Below the pieces are notes generated by a model. It searched no databases. It was not told the origin of the DNA and worked only from the letters and a program-made list of their open reading frames with translations. A DNA stretch of 27,976 nt from Elusimicrobiota bacterium (GTDB taxonomy: Bacteria; Elusimicrobiota; Elusimicrobia; UBA1565; JACRDR01), in assembly GCA_041694815.1 (NCBI GenBank), contig JBGFSC010000040.1, positions 1 through 27,976 on the forward strand. Direction: 5' to 3'. The stretch's first letter is position 1. Each line of letters opens with the position of its first letter. Below are positions 17,738-26,331 of the stretch, piece after piece. A program made the translations under genes and the position numbers.

Positions 17738-18073
17738 ATGTTCTTTAAAAAGGATGTCCCGGCCATCAGCGTCCAAGAGCTCCAGGAGCGCCGCAAGAAG
17801 AAGCTACCGCATTTCCTCCTCGACGTGCGCGAGGCCGACGAGTACGCCCATTGCAAGATCGACGGTTCGACCCTGATCCCGCTCGGCGAGCTCGAGTCCC
17901 GAATCAGGGAGCTGCCCAAGGACCGCGAGATCATCGTGCATTGCCACCATGGCGGGCGCTCGGCGCAGGCGGTGCGCCTGCTTGAGCAGGCGGGGATCAA
18001 GAACGCCAAGAACCTCGACGGCGGCATCGACGCCTGGTCGGCCGAGATCGACCCGTCTGTCCCTAGGTATTAA
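17738..18073 (+). CDS. Single-domain rhodanese sulfurtransferase
   Basis: LLDVRE, HCHHGGRS active-site loop, NLDGGIDAW...DPSVPRY; TATAAT 6 nt before ATG 17738. Confidence 0.92.
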   Translation: MFFKKDVPAISVQELQERRKKKLPHFLLDVREADEYAHCKIDGSTLIPLGELESRIRELPKDREIIVHCHHGGRSAQAVRLLEQAGIKNAKNLDGGIDAWSAEIDPSVPRY

Positions 18074-18924
18074 TTTAGGCGTTTTTTCTGAAACACCAGC
18101 AGGAAATTGTTGAGCCGCTGCCCGCGGGCGGCATATCTCTGAATAATAGGGTCGCTCTGATTTTCGCTGAATTTACCCCACCACTCCGTCGTCGGATAAT
18201 CAGCAGGGGCTCTATCCGCTTGGGGATCATCGAATATGGCAATTAGATCCCATTTATTTGAGATAAGGAAAATCCTAGCGATCTCATCTCGGACCCGCCT
18301 ATTGACCGATATATCATAGCTATGACTATGCGCAATGAGGAAAAAGCCCCCTTCGCGTACTATATCCATATACCCCCGCAAACGTCTGTCCCAAGGACCA
18401 AAATTCATATCCAGGAACGCAACATGCGCCAAGTCGATCGTGCCCGGTTTAGGGAAACGTGAATCGTTAAAATCCGTCAATACGACGATATCTTTCCAAT
18501 CTTGTTCTGGGTTTGCCCCAAACTTCGGCCCGCGCCTGGTAAGTACCGGATAAATTATAGGCTTCGCCAGATCGAAACCAAGCACGGCGGCAGAGGAATC
18601 AAGCCACGGCTTTCCCAAAATATCCTTCTGCCAGCGCCCACTCCCCGCATCGCCATTGAATACTGTTTTTATGATTCGACCGTTGAAAATCTCGGACAGG
18701 CTACGGACTTCCGTTTCGCCGAGCCTCCGAGCTATTTCTAATGCAACCGCATCGACTGGAGACGCTTTTGGCTTCGCTAGACCCGCTAACGAATGGGTGA
18801 GCTGTTCCAGCGCCCTTAAGGCGCTATTGTCGGCCCATACGGAAACCGTCGGAAGAATGCCAAGGCCGGGATGCAACAGAACCGCAAGCGATATCCGAAG
18901 CAAACGTTTGGCACCCTTTGTCAT
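18070..18924 (-). CDS. Secreted SAM-methyltransferase-fold-like protein, paralog 2
   Basis: Signal-like N-terminus; VFNGDAGSG, VREGGFFLI; clear paralog of 18921-19784. Confidence 0.7.
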   Translation of the reverse strand: MTKGAKRLLRISLAVLLHPGLGILPTVSVWADNSALRALEQLTHSLAGLAKPKASPVDAVALEIARRLGETEVRSLSEIFNGRIIKTVFNGDAGSGRWQKDILGKPWLDSSAAVLGFDLAKPIIYPVLTRRGPKFGANPEQDWKDIVVLTDFNDSRFPKPGTIDLAHVAFLDMNFGPWDRRLRGYMDIVREGGFFLIAHSHSYDISVNRRVRDEIARIFLISNKWDLIAIFDDPQADRAPADYPTTEWWGKFSENQSDPIIQRYAARGQRLNNFLLVFQKKRLN

Positions 18925-19784
18925 TGTGCACCTCTGTCAACAATGCGTTGCTTTCGAAACACTAATAGGAAGTTATGGGTTTCGAAGTCGAGGAGGTCGA
19001 GGTTGATCAATCGACCTTTCCCCCTTTCTGCAGCCTTCTCGAATTTGTCCCACCATTCCGTACGCGGATAATCCTTCGGGACCCCTCCGTTCGCGAAACT
19101 GTCTTCGAAGGCGGAATCCAGCTTCCAATCCCCGGCCTCTAAAAAGGCTCGAATGACGGTTTCCCGTACGCAGGCGCGGGCGGACCCCCGAGGGTCGCGA
19201 AACATGCCGTCATACCCGTGGCTGTGCGCGATGACGAAAAATCCACCGGGACGGACGAGATCCCTGTATAAGCGCAATCGCGTCCTCCAGTCGTTTTGCA
19301 TGTCCATGAAGGCGACATGCGCCAAGTCGACGGTGCCGGGTTTGGGGAAACGGGCGTCCCGCGGGTCCGTCAGCACCAGGATGTCCCGCCAGTCCTTGCT
19401 CGGCGCGGCGCCAAACAGGGTCAATTTGTCATCCTGGATGCTCGAGTAGTGCCTCGGCACGGGCAGATCGAAGCCGATAATCACGGGATCGGATTCAAGC
19501 CAATTCATGCCGATGATGTTCTTTTGCCAAAGGCCGCTGCCGGCGTCTCCATTGAATACCGATTTGATTTTTTCATCCGCGAAAATCTCAGCCAAGCTTT
19601 TACGGACATTATGAGCGGCGAGCTCCAATGAAACTGCAACTACCCGAGGCGGCGCTTCAACAACGGTCTCTACCCCGGCCGTTTCGCGCAGCGAGGCGAG
19701 AGCGTCATGCTGCGCCCGTAGGGGCAGCGGAAACAGAAAGGCCAAGAGGAGAATGCGCGAACTGTCGAAGCGTTCCATACTCAT
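18921..19784 (-). CDS. Secreted SAM-methyltransferase-fold-like protein, paralog 1
   Basis: Signal peptide ...ILLLAFLFPLPLRA; VFNGDAGSG, LVRPGGFFVI. Confidence 0.7.
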   Translation of the reverse strand: MSMERFDSSRILLLAFLFPLPLRAQHDALASLRETAGVETVVEAPPRVVAVSLELAAHNVRKSLAEIFADEKIKSVFNGDAGSGLWQKNIIGMNWLESDPVIIGFDLPVPRHYSSIQDDKLTLFGAAPSKDWRDILVLTDPRDARFPKPGTVDLAHVAFMDMQNDWRTRLRLYRDLVRPGGFFVIAHSHGYDGMFRDPRGSARACVRETVIRAFLEAGDWKLDSAFEDSFANGGVPKDYPRTEWWDKFEKAAERGKGRLINLDLLDFETHNFLLVFRKQRIVDRGAQ

Positions 19785-19905
19785 AACGAGAATAGCCTTA
19801 TCAGCTGCAAACCGCTAGGAAAGAAATGTTCAAGAAAAATGCCCTTATTTATCCATATCTTTTTAAAACTAGGCCTTATATATTGAGTGCGTCGAGAAGG
19901 ACTCC

Positions 19906-19934
19906 TTGACTTGATTATAATGCGATGTTAATCT
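19906..19934 (+). promoter_or_regulatory. Sigma70 promoter of the TA operon
   Basis: TTGACT, 17 nt, TAATCT with extended TG. Confidence 0.65.
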
Positions 19935-19970
19935 ATTAGGGCCTAAAAGGTTAACTATTGGAGGGCACTC

Positions 19971-20333
19971 ATGAATGCCTTTAGCCTTCTGCGGACTACG
20001 GAATATATCGGGGCCAAAGAGCTTCGAATTAATTTGGAAAAGATCCTCCGTCAACCGGATCATCCCTACCGGGTCATGCTCCATAACAAGCCAACGGTGG
20101 CCATTCTTCCAGACGATCAATTTCTTCACCTGCTGGAAATTCTCGAGGAACTCAAGGATTCCGGCCTTCTGGAGCAGGCCGTGCGGAAGCTCCAGGAGGA
20201 AAGCAAGAGAAAGCATGTTTGGTTTTGGTCTGAGTCCTGGCAAAAGGGAGAGCGGGAAGTAGATAAGGAGATTTCAAGCGGCCGAACGAAACGATATAAA
20301 TCGGTAAAGGCGCTGCTCAAGAAACTCGGCTAG
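19971..20333 (+). CDS. Type II antitoxin, Phd/YefM-like N-terminus
   Basis: IGAKELRINLEKIL...VMLHNKPTVAIL; C-terminal WFWSESWQKGEREVD; SD GGAGG. Confidence 0.75.
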   Translation: MNAFSLLRTTEYIGAKELRINLEKILRQPDHPYRVMLHNKPTVAILPDDQFLHLLEILEELKDSGLLEQAVRKLQEESKRKHVWFWSESWQKGEREVDKEISSGRTKRYKSVKALLKKLG

Positions 20334-20594
20334 GTGATCGTCGAACTTGCGGGGCATTTTCAGAAGGGCTACCGCCAATTGCCGAAGCCGATACAAAATA
20401 AAGTCAAGAAAGCCCTCGCTCTATTGGAGAATAACCCTCGCCATCCTTCCCTAAATTTGGAAAAGATCGATTTCGAGCGGGATATATGGTCCGGCCGAAT
20501 TGACCGCTCTTATCGTTTTACCTTCCAGTGGATCCCGGGCGGGATACGGCTTAGAAAGGTCGGCTCGCACGAATACGCCTACCGAAGCCCCTGA
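20334..20594 (+). CDS. RelE-superfamily mRNA interferase toxin
   Basis: FQKGYRQLP, NPRHPSL, WSGRIDRSYRFTF, VGSH; abuts the antitoxin. Confidence 0.85.
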   Translation: MIVELAGHFQKGYRQLPKPIQNKVKKALALLENNPRHPSLNLEKIDFERDIWSGRIDRSYRFTFQWIPGGIRLRKVGSHEYAYRSP

Positions 20595-20605
20595 TCGCGG
20601 CGGAA

Positions 20606-21739
20606 TTAGCGGTGCGCGGCCTTGAGCGCCTGGCCCTTGCGCTCGATGCCGAGGATCAGCTCGTCGTAGGAGTCGACGAAGGCCTTGACCCCCTCTTCCT
20701 CGAGCTTGCACGTCACCTGGGACATGTCGATTCCGGCCTGCTCCAAACCTTGCAGGATGGAGATCGGCTTGGCCTCGTTTTCCTCCAGGGATTCCCGCAC
20801 CCGGCCGTGGTCCCGGAAGGCCTCGAGCGTCGGCAAGGGCAGGGTATTGACCGTGTGTTTGCCGATGAGCTCCTCGACGTAGAGCACGTCGCGGTATTTG
20901 GGGTTCTTGGTGCTAGTGCTCGCCCACAACGGCCTCTGGTGGCGGGCCCCCTTGGCCTGCAGGGCCTTAAAACGCGGCTCGACGATGGTTTTCTGAAACA
21001 ATTGATAAGCCGACTTGGCGTTGGCGATGGCCGCCTGCCCAAGCAGGGCCTCTAAATCACGCTTATCCGCCGGCCGGGCCTTGTCGATCTTGGCCTCGAG
21101 CAGCGAGTCGACCATCGTATCGACTCGGCTGACGAAAAAGCTGGCGACCGAGGCGATCTCGGAAAGTTTCTTGCGCGCCTTGGCGGCGCTTTCAAGCCCC
21201 GTCAGCCAGGCGTCGAGCATTTCCTTATAGCGTTCCAGCGAAAATATCAATGTTACGTTGATATTGATGCCCTCGGCTAGGGCCTGCGTGACGGCCGGCA
21301 GCCCCTCCTTGGTCCCGGGGATCTTGATCATCACGTTGGGCCTGCCGACCCTGCGGTGAAGCTCCCGCGCCTCATCGATGGTCTTCTGGGTATTCCAGGC
21401 GAGATGCGGGTTGACCTCGATGGAGACGAAGCCATCGGCCCCTTTGCTCTTTTCATAAACGGGCTTGAAAAAGTCGCAGGCCTCCTGGATGTCTTCCACG
21501 GCTAGGATGTCGAATATCTCCTGGGCGCTCATGTCTTTTTTCAGCATCATCTCGATGGAGGCATCGTATTCGGAGCCCCCGGCGATCGCTTTCTGAAATA
21601 TAGTCGGGTTGGAGGTGACTCCGCTCAATCCGTCCGACTCGATAAGCCGCGCGAGCTTGCCCTCGTGCATGAAGCGGCGGGTAATAAAATCTAGCCAGAT
21701 GCTCTGCCCACGAAGCCCCAGTTCCAGGAGTGGATTCAT
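20606..21739 (-). CDS. tal: Transaldolase
   Basis: GVTSNPTIF, VSIEV, NVMIKIPGT, NVTLIFS, SFFVSRVD, RPLWAST. Confidence 0.97.
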   Translation of the reverse strand: MNPLLELGLRGQSIWLDFITRRFMHEGKLARLIESDGLSGVTSNPTIFQKAIAGGSEYDASIEMMLKKDMSAQEIFDILAVEDIQEACDFFKPVYEKSKGADGFVSIEVNPHLAWNTQKTIDEARELHRRVGRPNVMIKIPGTKEGLPAVTQALAEGININVTLIFSLERYKEMLDAWLTGLESAAKARKKLSEIASVASFFVSRVDTMVDSLLEAKIDKARPADKRDLEALLGQAAIANAKSAYQLFQKTIVEPRFKALQAKGARHQRPLWASTSTKNPKYRDVLYVEELIGKHTVNTLPLPTLEAFRDHGRVRESLEENEAKPISILQGLEQAGIDMSQVTCKLEEEGVKAFVDSYDELILGIERKGQALKAAHR

Positions 21740-21785
21740 GAAGCCATTCTACAACATTCTTCTAATGGCGGGCATGACGGCCCAA

Positions 21786-21814
21786 TTGCAGCCCTGTGCC
21801 AAAACCGCTAGCAT
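21786..21814 (+). promoter_or_regulatory. Leaderless-type promoter of the hom operon
   Basis: TTGCAG, 17 nt, TAGCAT, 6 nt, GTG. Confidence 0.65.
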
Positions 21815-21820
21815 TCCGGT

Positions 21821-23116
21821 GTGGCGAAAATCGTGCGCATCGGCGTGGCGGGGCTCGGCACGGTGGGCGCCCAAACCGTCCGGCTGCTGCGCGAGCGCTC
21901 GCCGGAGTTCGCACGGCGCCTCGGATCGGAACCGCGCGTGGAGGCCGTCTGCGACCATCGCGCCAAGGCCGAGGCCCGCGCGCTCGCCTTCAAGGGCCGC
22001 CTCTACACCGATCCCCTGCGGCTGGCCGCGGACCCCAACCTCGATATCATCGTAGAGGCCATTGGCGGGCTTAAGGACGCCCGGGCGCTGGTGCTGGCAG
22101 CCCTCAAGAACGGAAAGCACGTCGTCACGGCCAACAAGCGCCTTCTCGCGCATCATGGAGAAGAGCTCTTCGAGGCCGCTCGCAGAAGCCGGCGCCGCCT
22201 CTTCTTCGAGGCCTCCGTAGCCGGGGGCATCCCCATCCTGCAGGCCATCGGGCAAAGCCTCGCCGCCAATCGCATCCGCCGGGTGCTGGGCATACTCAAC
22301 GGCACCACTAATTTCATCCTGACCCGCATGATCCACGACGGGCTCCGGCTAGAAGAAGCCCTGGTCGCCGCCCAAAGGCTGGGCCTGGCCGAGCGCGACC
22401 CCGGCATGGACCTGCGGGGTACCGACGCGGCTCACAAGGCGGCGATCATCGCGTCGCTGGTGACCGGCGGATGGCTCAAGCCCGGCTCGGTGGCGCATGC
22501 CGGCATCAACGCCCTCCAGCCCGAGGACATACGCTTCGCCGTGAAATCACTCAAGCGCACCCCGCGCTTGCTGGGCGTCGTGGAGGTGGACTGGGACTCC
22601 AAGCCAGTCGGCGTTTCGGCCCATGTCCACCCCACGCTCATCCCCCTGGAACATCCCTTGGCCGCGGTTCACGACGAATACAATGCCGTGCTGCTGGAGG
22701 CCTCGGCCGCGGGAGAGCTCATGTTTTACGGAAAGGGCGCGGGGGCGGGTCCCGCCGCCTCGGCGGTGGTCGGCGACATTTTCATGTTGAGCCAACAGCT
22801 GGGCGCCTCCCACCCGCAGCTCGAAAACGAGTTCAGGCCGATCCGTCTTATGCCCTTCGAGCGGACTCGCTGCCCCTTTTACCTGCGTCTCTCCGTGCTC
22901 GATCGCGCCGGCGTTCTCTCGCGCATCACGGGCATCCTGGGCAAAAACGGCATCTCGATCGCCCAGATACATCAGGAGGCCCGTTCGGGTTCCGGCCGAG
23001 CCTCGGTCTTCTTGGCCACACACCCCGCGAGCCAGCGTCAGATGGACCGAGCGTGCGGCGCCATCCTGGCTCTGCGCGAGGTCTCCAAGGCCCATACGCA
23101 GCTGCGGATGCTATGA
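21821..23116 (+). CDS. hom: Homoserine dehydrogenase with C-terminal ACT domain
   Basis: GLGTVG, VVTANK, FEASVAGGIP, GILNGTTNFIL, GKGAG. Confidence 0.96.
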   Translation: MAKIVRIGVAGLGTVGAQTVRLLRERSPEFARRLGSEPRVEAVCDHRAKAEARALAFKGRLYTDPLRLAADPNLDIIVEAIGGLKDARALVLAALKNGKHVVTANKRLLAHHGEELFEAARRSRRRLFFEASVAGGIPILQAIGQSLAANRIRRVLGILNGTTNFILTRMIHDGLRLEEALVAAQRLGLAERDPGMDLRGTDAAHKAAIIASLVTGGWLKPGSVAHAGINALQPEDIRFAVKSLKRTPRLLGVVEVDWDSKPVGVSAHVHPTLIPLEHPLAAVHDEYNAVLLEASAAGELMFYGKGAGAGPAASAVVGDIFMLSQQLGASHPQLENEFRPIRLMPFERTRCPFYLRLSVLDRAGVLSRITGILGKNGISIAQIHQEARSGSGRASVFLATHPASQRQMDRACGAILALREVSKAHTQLRML

Positions 23117-24186
23117 CGGCGGCCCGAACCGGGATCATCGAGCGCTACCGGGCGTTTCTGCCCGTCGGCGACACCACCCCGGTGGTGAGCCTCTCCGAGG
23201 GCTCCACGCCCCTAGTCCCGGCCCCGCGCCTGGCAGAAGCCTTGGGGCTTGGCTCCGAGGCCGTGCAGCTGAAGATCGAGGGGATGAACCCGACCGGCTC
23301 CTTCAAGGACCGCGGCATGACGGTGGCCGTCTCCAAGGCCAAGGAGTCCGGGGCGCGGGGGGTGCTCTGCGCCTCGACCGGGAATACCGCCGCCTCGGCG
23401 GCGGCCTACGCGGCCCGAGCCGGCCTGCGCTGCGTCGTGCTGCTGCCCCACGGCCACGTCGCCGCGGGAAAGCTATCGCAATCCATGATCCACGGCGCCG
23501 AGATCATCGCGGTCCGAGGGAATTTCGACGAGGCCTTGGGCCTGGCGCGGGAGGTCTCCGCGGAGTACGGGCTCTCGCTCGTCAACTCCATCAACCCACA
23601 CCGCATCGAGGGGCAGAAGACGGCGGCCTTCGAGATCGTCGAGTCCCTCGGCAGGGCGCCGGACTACCAGTTCATGCCGGTGGGAAACGCGGGAAACATC
23701 TCCGCGTATTGGAAGGGCTACTGCGAGCTCGCCGCGCGCTCCGGCACGGCTGGGCCCCGGATGATCGGGCTCCAAGCCTCGGGCGCGGCGCCGATCGTCC
23801 TGGGCCGCCCCGTTCGCAAGCCCAAAACGGTGGCCACGGCCATCCGCATCGGCAATCCCGCCTCTTGGAAATCCGCCCTGGCCGCCAAGGAAGAGTCTCG
23901 AGGCGCGATCGAGCGCGTTTCCGACCGCGAGATACTCTCCGCCTACCGGCTCCTGGCCTCGCTGGAGGGCGTCTTTTGCGAGCCCGCCTCCGCGGCCGGG
24001 GTCGCGGGGCTCATCCGTTGGGCCAAGGAGGGATGCCTCAAGGCATCGGAATCACTGCGCGTCGTCTGCGTGCTCACGGGTCACGGCCTCAAGGACCCCG
24101 AGACCCCATTGAAGCTGCCCAAGCGTTGGAAAACCGCCTCGGCGGAACCCAAGGCCATCCGCCGCGCGCTGGGAGCGGCGCGATGA
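23113..24186 (+). CDS. thrC: Threonine synthase
   Basis: NPTGSFKDRG, CASTGNT, PVGNAGNI, CEPASAA; ATGA overlap with hom. Confidence 0.96.
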   Translation: MTAARTGIIERYRAFLPVGDTTPVVSLSEGSTPLVPAPRLAEALGLGSEAVQLKIEGMNPTGSFKDRGMTVAVSKAKESGARGVLCASTGNTAASAAAYAARAGLRCVVLLPHGHVAAGKLSQSMIHGAEIIAVRGNFDEALGLAREVSAEYGLSLVNSINPHRIEGQKTAAFEIVESLGRAPDYQFMPVGNAGNISAYWKGYCELAARSGTAGPRMIGLQASGAAPIVLGRPVRKPKTVATAIRIGNPASWKSALAAKEESRGAIERVSDREILSAYRLLASLEGVFCEPASAAGVAGLIRWAKEGCLKASESLRVVCVLTGHGLKDPETPLKLPKRWKTASAEPKAIRRALGAAR

Positions 24187-25103
24187 GCAAAATCCTTGTC
24201 CGCGTGCCTGCCAGCACCTCCAACTTGGGCCCCGGCTTCGATCTCTTCGGGCTAGCCCTGACCCTCTACAATGAGATCGAGCTCGAGGCCTCGCCCGAGC
24301 CCGGCCCGATTTCCGTTGAAATCGAGGGCGAGGGGGCCGAATCCTTGCCGCGGGACTCCTCGAACCTCGTCGTGCGTGCCGCGCTGCGCTCGGCCGGGCT
24401 GCCTCGGCACCGCCACTCCCTACGCTTTCGCCTGCGCAACCGGATTCCGATCGCCCGCGGCCTGGGATCTAGCGCCGCGGCGCGTTTGGGCGGGATCCTG
24501 GCGGGCCGCGCGCTGCGCTGGGGCGCGCGGCGCGCGAAGGACCAGCGGGCCTTGGAGGAGGCTTGCCGACTCGAGGGGCACCCCGACAACGCCTGCGCCT
24601 CGTTTTACGGCGGTCTGCGCGCGGTTATCAGGCATGGGGGCCGCCTGATCCAATTCGATCTGCGAGCCGCAAGCGACCTGAACGCCGTGGTCTGCGCGCC
24701 GGATTTCCATCTTTCGACCGAGAAGGCGAGGGGGATCCTGCCGGAGCGGGTGCCGCGCGCCGATGCCGCCGCTAATGTGGCCAACGCTGTGCTCTTAAGC
24801 TATGCCCTTGAGCACCGGCGCTATGAATGGCTTCAGGCTGCCATGGAGGACCGCCTCCATCAACCCTACCGGCGGCGCCTTATCCCGGGCATGGAATCCG
24901 TCATAAGATCGGCCCTGAAGGCCGGCGCCTGGGGGGCGGCTCTCTCGGGTTCGGGCCCTTCGATTTTCGCCTTCAGCCCCAAGTCGAAGGCCCGTCAGGT
25001 AGCCGCCGCCATGCAGAAGGCGTTTGGAGCCCACCGGGTGCGCAGCCGCCCTTGGGTATTGGGCATCGACCGGCGCGGGGCCGTCGTGGAGCGCAAGGCA
25101 TGA
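24183..25103 (+). CDS. thrB: Homoserine kinase
   Basis: VPASTSNLGPGFD, IPIARGLGSSAA, EGHPDN, SGSGPS; ATGA overlap with thrC. Confidence 0.96.
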   Translation: MSKILVRVPASTSNLGPGFDLFGLALTLYNEIELEASPEPGPISVEIEGEGAESLPRDSSNLVVRAALRSAGLPRHRHSLRFRLRNRIPIARGLGSSAAARLGGILAGRALRWGARRAKDQRALEEACRLEGHPDNACASFYGGLRAVIRHGGRLIQFDLRAASDLNAVVCAPDFHLSTEKARGILPERVPRADAAANVANAVLLSYALEHRRYEWLQAAMEDRLHQPYRRRLIPGMESVIRSALKAGAWGAALSGSGPSIFAFSPKSKARQVAAAMQKAFGAHRVRSRPWVLGIDRRGAVVERKA

Positions 25104-26329
25104 GCCGGCTTGTCGTGATGAAGTTCGGCGGCTCCTCGGTCGCCGACCCGGAGAAGATCCAGCGGGCCGCCGAGCGCGCCATCGCGCTGCGCCGCACCGG
25201 AGCGCGCGTCGTCGTTGTCGTTTCGGCGCCGGGGGACACCACCGACGATCTCATCGCCCTGGCCCGCCGCGTCAGCCCGCGTCCGGACTCCCGTGAGCTC
25301 GACATGCTGCTGGCGACCGGCGAGCAGGTCTCGATCGCGCTGTTTGCCATCGCCTGCCGCGCGCGCGGGGCCCTCGCCGTCTCGCTTACCGGGCCCCAGG
25401 CGGGCATCCGCGCGGACGACCGGCACACCAAGGCCCGCATCGTCTCCATCGAGCCCAAGAAGGTGCTCGACGAGCTCGCGCGCGGGCATATCGTGACGGT
25501 GGCCGGCTTCCAGGGGCTCAACTCGCGCGCGGACATCGCGACGCTCGGCCGCGGCGGTTCCGACCTCACCGCGGTGGCCCTGGCCGCGGCGCTCAAGGCC
25601 GACCGTTGCGAAATATTCACCGACGTGCACGGGGTCTATACCGCCGACCCCCGCGTCGTGCCCCAGGCGCGGCTCATCGACCGCATCTCCTACGATGAGA
25701 TGCTTGAACTCGCCGGGGCGGGGGCGCAGGTCATGCAATCGCGCTCGATCGAAGTGGCCAAGAAATTCGGCGTGCGCATCCGGGTCTCGCACGCCTTCGA
25801 CGTGCGCTCGAGGGGGACATGGATCATTGGGGAGGTGCCGGCAATGGAAGACGTGATCGTGACGGCGATAGCGTTGGACCGAAACCAGACCAAGGTGACC
25901 ATCCGGGACGTGCCCGACCGGCCGGGCACCGCCGCGCGCGTGTTCGGGGCCTTGGGGCAGGCGGGCATCAACGTCGACATGATCATCCAGTCGGCGGGGC
26001 GCGGCCGCGTCAACGACATTTCCTTCACGGTCGCCAAGGAGGACCAGGATTCGGCGCTGCGCGTCTTGCGCCAGGTGCAGCGGCTCGTCCGCGCCGGGTC
26101 CTTGGAGCGCAACGCCGGCGTGGCCAAGGTCTCAGTGGTCGGCGTAGGCATGAAGGCGCACGCCGGGGTGGCGGGAAAGATGTTTAAGACCCTCGCCGAG
26201 AACGGGATCAATATCCAGATGATCGCCACCTCCGAGATCAAGATTTCCTGCATGATTGACCAAAAGGAGAGCGAAAAGGCGCTGCGCTGCCTCCACCAGG
26301 CCTTCGGCCTCCAGCGGAGGAAGCGCTAA
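25100..26329 (+). CDS. lysC: Aspartate kinase (alpha subunit)
   Basis: KFGGSSV, VAGFQG, TLGRGGSD, two ACT domains; ATGA overlap with thrB. Confidence 0.96.
   Translation: MSRLVVMKFGGSSVADPEKIQRAAERAIALRRTGARVVVVVSAPGDTTDDLIALARRVSPRPDSRELDMLLATGEQVSIALFAIACRARGALAVSLTGPQAGIRADDRHTKARIVSIEPKKVLDELARGHIVTVAGFQGLNSRADIATLGRGGSDLTAVALAAALKADRCEIFTDVHGVYTADPRVVPQARLIDRISYDEMLELAGAGAQVMQSRSIEVAKKFGVRIRVSHAFDVRSRGTWIIGEVPAMEDVIVTAIALDRNQTKVTIRDVPDRPGTAARVFGALGQAGINVDMIIQSAGRGRVNDISFTVAKEDQDSALRVLRQVQRLVRAGSLERNAGVAKVSVVGVGMKAHAGVAGKMFKTLAENGINIQMIATSEIKISCMIDQKESEKALRCLHQAFGLQRRKR
25844..26329 (+). CDS. Nested aspartate kinase beta subunit (internal start Met249)
   Basis: In-frame ATG preceded by GGAGGT (25831-25836), right before the ACT domains. 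Confidence 0.7.
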   Translation: MEDVIVTAIALDRNQTKVTIRDVPDRPGTAARVFGALGQAGINVDMIIQSAGRGRVNDISFTVAKEDQDSALRVLRQVQRLVRAGSLERNAGVAKVSVVGVGMKAHAGVAGKMFKTLAENGINIQMIATSEIKISCMIDQKESEKALRCLHQAFGLQRRKR

Positions 26330-26331
26330 GG

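Noticed and set aside
19870..19952. TAGGCC and TAGGGC half-sites near the TA promoter
   Set aside because: No right halves and no consecutive 23-bp phasing, so not counted as operator copies.
22471..25099. Long N-terminal extensions of thrC, thrB and lysC in the ORF track
   Set aside because: GC-rich open frames overlapping the upstream genes; true starts are at the ATGA overlaps 23113, 24183 and 25100.
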